Below are positions 55,801-64,000 of a stretch of 64,000 nucleotides of DNA, one piece after another. Origin of the DNA: Macrostomum lignano. Taxonomy: Eukaryota. The stretch is from contig NIVC01001689.1 of assembly GCA_002269645.1 (NCBI GenBank), positions 62,001 to 126,000 on the forward strand. Reading direction: 5' to 3'. The notes under the pieces are model-generated. The model saw nothing but the letters and a program-made list of their open reading frames with translations, made no database searches and was not told the origin of the DNA. Both the position numbers and the translations under genes were made by a program. How positions within the stretch are numbered: position 1 is the stretch's first letter; each line of letters starts with the position of its first letter.

Positions 55801-58336
55801 ACAAGCTGTTGAAACCCGCGGATTTTGAACCCGGGGAATTCTAATCCCCGGAACTACTTTTGCATGTATTCTGAAATCTAAGGCCATATACAAACAAATT
55901 AATGGTAGGATAGAGGTAGACATAAAATGGAGCACATTTGTGTAAAATTAGGGTTTGAGGCAAACGTTGATATTGTTTGCTGGGGTACTCCACAGAATGC
56001 CAGGCAATGTCTGTCTGACTCTAAAACATGTATTGGCAAACTCTGGCCTCTCCCTGACTCTCCCTATGTCCCTTGGATCCTTTAAAATTTATATCGTCTC
56101 TTTCCTTTCTTCTCTCTCATCCCTCGTCTCTCCTCTCTCCTCTCTCTTTCCTCTCTCCTCTCTTCTCTTGTATCTTCCCTCATCTCTCTTCTGTTTCATC
56201 TCTCTTCCCTATTCTTTTCTCTCTCCTCTCCTCTCTCCTTTCTACTTTTCGTTTTCTCTCTGCTCTCCTCTCTCCTCTCTACTTTTTCGTTTTCTCTCTC
56301 CTCTCCTCTCTCCTCTCTCCCCCTCTTCTCTCGTCTCTTCCTTCTCCTCTCTATTCTTTTCTCTCTTCTCTTAACTCTCTCCTCTACTCTCTCCTCTCTC
56401 TCTCCTCTCTCCCCTCTTCTCTCGTCTGTTCATCTGCTCTCTCATCTGTCATCTTTACTCTCTTATACGTTCTCTCACTTATCTCCTCAGTACTCTTCTC
56501 TTTCATCTCTTCTGACTCCTCTCTTTCCTTACTCCTCTCTTCTTTTCTCTTCCCTCTTCCATACTCTCTCTCTCCTCTATTATCTTCTCTCGTCTCTCTG
56601 CACTCTCCTCTCACCTTTTTCATCTCTCATCTCTTCTTTCATCTGTCTCATCTCTACAATCTCATCTTTTTCCTCTCTCCTCCTTTTCCCTTTACTCTCT
56701 CATCTCTCCTTTCTCCCATCTTCTTACACCCCTCTCTTATCTCTATCTCTTCTCTTCTCACCCCTTCTCTCCCCCTCTTATCTCCTCTCTTTTCTATCCT
56801 TTCTACTCTCTCCTCTCTAATCTCTCCTCTCCTCTTGACCCTCTGTCATCTTCTTTCTGCTCTCTCATCTCTACTCTCTTCTCACTCTTCTCTACTCTCC
56901 TCTCATCGATCCTCTGTCTCATCTCTCCCCTCTTCTCACCTTTACTCTTTCCTCTCCCTCCTTTCTCCCCTCCTCTCGCTTCTTCCTCCCTTCTTCTCTG
57001 CTCTCTCCTCACCACTTGTCTCTCCTCTTATATTCCATGTTTTCTCATATCCCCCTCTCGACTCTCCTCTCTTCTAATAGTCTATTCCTTCTCCTTTCCA
57101 CTCTCATCTGGCCCGCACATAAGCTGGATACTGGATTCTTTATCTGGCTTTTGAAAAGTCTGCCCATTCCTGCTTGGAAAGCCAGTTTGTAGGACGTAGT
57201 ACTCTCATGGCTGTTCTCATGCTTTGATCATGTCGTCATCTTTCTTGCCAATTTGCAGTCCTGAAAGGAATTTGTGTATTTTCAACTCCACTGCAGTCTG
57301 CATCAGTCTAACAACCAAGGAAATACGCATTTCTTAGGAGGACATTTCTTAAAGTATTCTTAAAGTACTTTTAAGAGAAACCTAAAATTTCCATGGTGTG
57401 ACTAATTTAGTAGGGTTGTATTGCATTGCATCGCCTTTTCATAATCTTTCGCTTTTACAAACCATGCTGGATTCCCTCGATTTGCCATCCACTGTTAAAC
57501 TGCTGCAGAGTTTGCCAATACAGAGGACAGTGGTTAGAATTTCTCACTAAACTGTCATGGCTAAACGTAGCCTCTCCACGCGCGGGGGTACAGAGAAGGC
57601 TATTAAAAAGTTATTCCAAAACACTGTACATTTGCTATGTACATTGAGCCCTATCGCTTGACCCTTCGTCTGGGCTGGGGGAATGAGTGAGTGAGTGGCA
57701 CAAACAACAGAAAAAGCAGACAAACTTCACATGCTTACAGTTTCTTTTTCGGTTGAGTTACAGAGTTGAAACTTTACATTTAGACAGAGAATGAGTCAAT
57801 AAAGAATTGTGTCAAGTTGGGAGTCAATCGCTTTATGTGGAGCAAACTTATGGCAGCTGAAAGTTAGTCAATTTTGAAACCCCTTTTACACATCTGGGCC
57901 CAGATCGGGAAAGAGAGGCGGGCGGAGGTTGGGGTGGTTGCTACGCTGAAAAAAACAGCCTAACTTTAAAAGTGCACAGCACCGCTCAGGATTAACTTTG
58001 AGACTCGAAATTTCACATAATTGTGCAAAAATAGTTAAAGATTATCTGTGTCAAATTTGAAGAGAATCGGTAAAAGTGGAGCGGCGCTATGGAGGATTTA
58101 GTAAAAAAATCGCGCATTTTAGCAGTTTTTTGTACTTTTAGGTAGGAAGAATTGAGTCTAGGAAATTAAAAGGTAGCCTAAGACATTCTCCGTAGTAAGT
58201 TTAGGGTGGGTGTAAAGTTTGGTGTCATTTGGTTGAGCGGTTTGGGAGTCCATAGCGATCAAAATTGTCCACAGACAGACAGACACACAGACAGACAGAC
58301 AGAGTTTTGATTTTTATACGAGCTAGCTATGTAGAG
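55801..58336 (+). mobile_element. DINE-1/Lep1-like non-autonomous Helitron-related element, tandem copy 1 (2536 bp)
   Basis: Starts acaagctgttgaaacccgcggattttgaacccggg; internal CT-rich tract; ends aaggtagcctaagac...(ACAG)n agagttttgatttttata...gtagag. The repeat structure is certain; the superfamily is inferred from terminal layout. Confidence 0.7.
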
Positions 58337-59110
58337 ACAAGCTGTTGAAACCCGCGGATTTTGAACCCGGGGAATTCCAATCCTCGGAACTACTTATGCA
58401 TGTATTCTGAAATCTAAGGCCATACACAAACAAAAACTTGTTAATAGTTAGTAGGATAGACGTAGACATAAAATGGAGCACATTCGTGTAAAATTAGGGT
58501 TTGAGGCAAACGTTGATATTGTTGGCTGGGGTACTCCACAGAATGTCAGGCAATGTCTGTCTGACTCTAAAACATGTATTGGCAAACTCTGGCCTCTCCC
58601 TGACTCTCCCTATGTCCCTTGGATCCTTTAAAATTTCTATCGTCTCTTCTGTTTCCTCTCTTCTCTCTCGTCCCTCGTCTCTCCTCTCTCTTCTCTCATA
58701 TCTTCCCTCATCTCTCTTCTCTTTCATCTCTCTTATCTCTTGTCTCTTGTCTCTTCTCTCCTCTCTCCTCTCTCCTGTCTCCTCTCTACTTTTCGTTTTC
58801 TCTCTCCTCTCCTCTCTCCTCTCTCCCCCTCTTCTCTCGTCTCTTCCTTCTCCTCTCTATTCTTTTTCTCTCTTCTCTTAACTCTCTCCTCTTTCCTCTC
58901 TCTCTCCTCTCTCCCCTCTTCTCTCGTCTCTTCTCTCACCTCTTTCCTCTCTCTCTTTCCTCTCATATCTTTTCTTGTTTTATCTCTTCTCTCTCCCCTC
59001 GTCACTCGTCTCTTCCCTCACCTCTCTTCTCTCTTGTCTGCGTTTTTATCTCTCCCCTCTCTTATTTTATCTTTTCTCTCTTATCTCTTCTCGTTTCTCT
59101 CTGCTCTGCG

Positions 59111-59155
<45 letters not shown>

Positions 59156-61186
59156 CCCATCTCTCTCTCTCTCTCCTCTCCCATCTCTCTTCTCCTCTAC
59201 TCTCTCCCCTCTTCATTCTCCTATTTCCTCTTCTCTCTCCCTGTCTCTCCTCTCTCCTCTAGTCACTGTAATCTCTTCTCTCTTATCTCTCCTCTGTTCT
59301 CTCTACTCTCCCATCTCTCGTCTTTTCACCCTCATCTCTGCTCTCTCATCTGTCATCTTTACTCTCTAATACGTTCTCTCACTTATCTCCTCTGTACTCT
59401 TCTCTTTCACCTCTTCTGACTCCTCTCTTTCCTTACTCCTCTCTTCTTTTCTCTTCCCTCTTCTATACTCTCTCTCCTCTATTATCTTCTCTCGTCTCTC
59501 TGCACTCTCCTCTCACCTTTTTCATCTCTCATCTTTACTCTCTCATCTCTCCTTTCATCTGTCTCATCTCTACAATCTCATCTCTTTCCTCTTTCCTCCT
59601 CTTCCCTTTACTCTCTCATCTCTCCTTTCTCCCCTCTTCTTACACCCCTATCTTATCTCTATCTCTTCTCTTCTCACCCCTTCTCTCCCTCTCTTATCTC
59701 CTCTCTTTTCTATCCTTTCTGCTCTCTCATCTCTACTCTCTTCTCACTCTTCTCTACTCTCCTCTCATCGATCCTCTGTCTCATATCTCCCCTCTTCTCA
59801 CCTTTACTCTTTCCTCTCCCTCCTTTCTCCCCTCCTCTCGCTTCTTCCTCCCTTCTTCTCTGCTCTCTCCTCACCACTTGTCTCTCCTCTTATCTTCCAT
59901 GTTTTCTCTTATCCCCGTCTCGCCTCTCCTCTCTTCTAATAGTCTATTCCTTCTCCTTTCCACTCTCATCTGGCCCGCACATAAGCTGGATTCTTTATCT
60001 GGCTTTTGAAGTAAAAGTCTGCCGATCCCTGCTTCGAAAGCCAGTTTGCGGGACGTACTACTCTCATCGTTATTCTCATGCTTTGATCACGTCATCTTTC
60101 TTGCCAATTTGCAGCCCTGAAAGGAATTTGTGTATCTTCAGCTCCACTGCAGTCTGCATCAGTCTAACAACCAAGGAAATACGCATTTCTTAGGCCATTT
60201 AAATTTCAAAGTACTTTAAGAGAAACTTAAAATTTCCATGGTGTGCCTAATTTAGTAGGGTTGTATTTCATTGCATCGCATCGCCTTTTCATAAATATTT
60301 CGCTTTTACAAACCATGCTGGATTGCCTCGATTTGCTAATTGCCATCCACTGTTAAACTGCTGCATAGTTTGCCTATACAGAGGGGAGGGCAGTGGTTAA
60401 AATTTCTCACTAAACTGTTATGGCTAAACGTAGCCTCTCCACTCTCAGGGTACAGAGAAGGCTATTAAAAAGTTATTCCAAAACACTGTACATTTGCTAT
60501 GTACATTCAGTCCTATCGCCTGACCCTTCGTCTGGCTCTGGGGGAATGAGTGAGTGAGTGGCACAAACAACAGAAAAAGCAGACAAACTTCACATGCTTA
60601 CAGTTTCTTTTTCGGTTGAGTTACAGAGTTGAAACTTTACATTTAGATAGAGAATGAGTCAATGAAGAATTGTGTCAAGTTGGGAGTCAATCGCTTTACG
60701 TGGAGCAAACTTATGGCAGCTGAAAGTTAGTCAATTTTGAAACCCTTTTACACATCTGGGCCCAGATCAGGATCGGGAAAGAGAGGCAGGCGGGCGGAGG
60801 TTGGGGTGGTTGCTACGCTGAAAAAAACAGCCTAATTTTAAAAGTGCACAGCGCCGTTCGGGATTAACTTTGAGACTCGAAATTTTACACGATTGTGTCA
60901 AAATAGTTGAAAATTGATTGTGTCAAATTTGAAGAGGATCGGTAGAAGTGGAGCCGCGCTATGGAGGATTTAGTGAAAAAATCGCGCGTTTTGAGCAGTT
61001 TTTTGCACTTTTAGGTAGGAAGACTCAAATTTAGGAAATTTAAAGGTAGCCTAAGACATTCTCCGTGGTGAGTTTAGGGTGGGTGCAAAATTTGGTGTAA
61101 TTTGGTTCAGCAGTTTGGGAGTCCATAGCGAAGTAATTTGTCCACAGACAGACAGACAGACAGAGTTTTGATTTTTATAGGTAGAG
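58337..61186 (+). mobile_element. Same element, tandem copy 2 (2850 bp)
   Basis: Head-to-tail with copy 1, same termini. Confidence 0.7.
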
Positions 61187-64000
61187 ACAAGCTGTTGAAA
61201 CCCGCGGATTTTGAACCCGGGGAATTTCAATCCCTGGAACTATTTTTGCATGTACTCGTATTCTAAAATCTGAGGTCAAACTCAAACAAAAGCTTGTTAA
61301 TAGTTAGGTTAGAATTAAACATAAAATAGAGTACATTCGTAAAAAATTAGGATTTAAGGCAAACATTTATATTGTTGGCTGGGGTGCTCCAAACAGGCAA
61401 ACTCTGGCCTCTGCCTCTCCTTATGTCCCTTGGATCCTTAGAAACTTTGACCTTCTCTTCTGTTTCCTCTCCTCTCTCTCGTCTCTGTCTCTTCTCTCTC
61501 TCTCCTCTATCCCCTATTCTCTCGTCTATTCTCTCTCCCTTCTATTCTTTTATCCCTCCTCTCCTCCCTCCTCTCTACTCTCTCCTCTCTCTCCTCTCAT
61601 CTCTTCTCTTCTTTCCTCTCTCCTCTCTCCTCTCTTCTATCGTCTCTTCCCTCACCTCTCTTCTCTCTAGTCTTTGCTCTCTTATCTATCTCTTCTTTCT
61701 CTTCTTTTATCTTTTCTCTCTTCTCTTTTCTCATTCTTTCTGCATGTTCTCTCCTCTCTCCCTCTCTCTCTCCTCTCTCTCCCTCTCTCTCCTCTCTCTC
61801 CCTCTCTCTCTCCTCTCTCTCCCTCTCTCTCTCCTCTTATCTCTCTGCTCTCTCCTGTCCCATATCTCTTTCTCCTCTAATCTCTCCCCTGTTTCATCTC
61901 CTCTCTCGTCCTTTCTCCTCTTTCCCCTGTCCTCTCGTTTCTCTCCCCTCCCCTCCTCTCTCCTCACTCACTTCTCTCTCCCTTTGTCTTACCTCTCATC
62001 TCTTATTTCTATCCTTTTTTCTCTCCACTCTCCCATCTCTCGTCTGTTCACTCTCGTCTCTGGTCTCTCATCTCCCCTCTCTCATCTGCCATCTTTACTC
62101 TCTTATACTCGTATGTTTTCTCACCTCTCTCATCTGTACTCTTCTCTTTCCCCTCTTTTGACTCCTCTCTTTCCTTTCTCCTTTTTCCCTTCTCTTCTAT
62201 TCCCTCTTCTATTCTCTCCCTCTCTTGTCTTCTCTCTTTTCTCTTCGCTCTCCTCTCTCCTCTCATATATCGCGTTCACTCTCATCTTTGCTCTCTACCC
62301 CCTCTCTCTTCTCTCTCCACTCTTTACCCTCCACTCTCCTGTGTACTCTTCTCTTTCCCCTTTACTGAATCCTCTCTTCTTACTCCTCTTCTCTTCCCTC
62401 TTCTATACTCTTCTCTTGTCTCTTTGCACTCTGCTCTCTCTTCCTTCATATCTCTATCTCTACTCTCTCGTCTCCACAATCTCATCTCTTTCCTCTCTCC
62501 TCTTCTTCCCTTTACTCTATCATCTCTCCTTTCTCCTCTCTTCTTTCTCAACTCTCTCTCTCTCATCTCTTATCTCCTCTCTTCTCACTCCTCTCTCCCT
62601 CTCTCTCCCCTCCTATCTCCTCTCTGTTCTCTATTCTCTATTCTCTTCTCACTCTTCTCTACTCTCCTCTCTCATCGATCCTCTGTCTCATCTCTCCCCT
62701 CTTCTCTCTTCCTCTTCTCACCTCTACTCTTTCCTCTCCCTCCTGTCTCCCCTCCTCTCGCTTCCTCCTCCCATATTCTCTGCTCTCTCCTCGTCCTCAC
62801 CCCACTCGTCTTTCCTGTTATCTTATATCTTTTCTCTTACCCCCTCTCGCCCTTCCTCTCTTTCTAATAGTCTATTCCTTTTCTTTTTCACACTCATCTG
62901 GCCCGCAGCCATGAGTTGGATTCTTTATCTGGCCTTTGAGTTAAAAATCTACCGATCCCTGCTTTGAAAGCCAGTTTGTGGGACGTAGTACTATCATGGT
63001 TATCATTTCTTATGCTTTAATCACGTCACCTTTCTGGCCAATTAGCAGCCCTGAGAGGAATTTGTGTATCTCCAGCTCCACCACCACAGTCTGCACTCTG
63101 CAGCAGTCTAACAACCAAGGAAATGCGCATTTCTTAGGAGTCATTTAAATTTTAAAGTTACTCTATGCGAAACTTAATGTTAAAAGCTTCATGGTGTAAC
63201 TAATTTAGTAGGATTTCATTGTAATAAGTTATTCATTAATTTTTCGCTATTTTTACAAACCATCCCGCATCGCCTTGATTTGCCTGTTTGCCATCCACTG
63301 TTAAACTGCTGCAGACTTGTCTATACAGAGGACAGTGGTTTGAATCTCTCGCTAAACTGTCTCTCCTCTCCACGCCTCTCTAATCGCAGTCGCGGGTACA
63401 GAGAAGGCTATTAAAAAGTTATTCCAAAACACTGTACACTCGCTATGTACATTGAGCCCTATCGCCTGACCCTTCTTCGTCTGGCTCTGGGGGAATAAGT
63501 GAGTGAGTGGCACAAACAACAGAAAAAGGAGACAAACTTCACATGCTTACAGTTTCTGTTCTGATTGAGTTAGAGAGTTGAAACTTTACATTTAGACAGA
63601 GAATGAATCAAAGAAGAATTGTGTTAAGTTAGAAGTCAATCGCTTCACGTGGAGCAAACTTATGGCAGCCGAAAGTTAGTCATTTTAAAACCCATTGACA
63701 CCCTTTGCCCAGATCGGGAAAGAGGCAGGCGGGCGGAGGTTGGGGTGGCTGTCTCGCTGAAAAAAACAGCCAAACTTTAAAAGTGCACAGCGCCGTTCAG
63801 GATTAACTTTGAGACTCGAAATTTTACACGATTGTGTCAAAATAGTTGAAAATTGATTGTGTCAAATTTGAAGAGGATCGGTAGAAGTGGAGCGGCGCTA
63901 AGGAGGCTTTAGTAAAAAAATCGCGCGTTTTGAGCAGTTTTTTGCACTTTTAGGTAGGAAGACTCAAATTTAGGAAATTTAAAGGTAGCCTAAGACATTC
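61187..64000 (+). mobile_element. Same element, tandem copy 3 (cut by the window end)
   Basis: Same 5' terminus; more diverged 5' half; ends at aaggtagcctaagacattc. Confidence 0.7.

Noticed and set aside
55955-62967. Long Leu/Ser-rich ORFs (up to 531 aa) and Arg/Glu-rich antisense ORFs
   Set aside because: Pure CT tracts cannot form stop codons; there is no domain and the ORFs are not conserved in length between the three copies.

Overview
Animal genomic DNA with GC-rich exons, AT-rich spacers and a very high density of minisatellites. This style resembles a free-living flatworm such as Macrostomum, but that is inference only. I spliced seven protein-coding genes by hand, and all exon phases join in frame. 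They are: FCP1/CTDP1 (+, 4 exons, no in-frame ATG at its conserved N-terminus); a 4-EF-hand calmodulin-like gene (-, 3 exons); a secreted-type M13/neprilysin-like peptidase whose third zinc ligand is replaced (-, 3 exons); a complete CAD gene (-, 18 exons, 2332 aa, 28421-51211); two intronless C-type lectin genes nested antisense in CAD intron 6; and a PEHE-domain MSL1-like gene (-, 3 exons) 1.6 kb upstream of CAD. Nearly every intron carries its own, mostly different, tandem repeat that often runs up to the splice sites. Other features are a 7.5-kb 20-bp satellite with a 2.6-2.7-kb higher-order period, two MITEs with target-site duplications, CORE-SINE-like fragments, and a head-to-tail trimer of a DINE-1/Lep1-like (Helitron-related) element at the right end. 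The strongest leads are intron-specific minisatellites, spliced-leader (SL)-supplied initiation of FCP1, and a possible MSL1-CAD operon.
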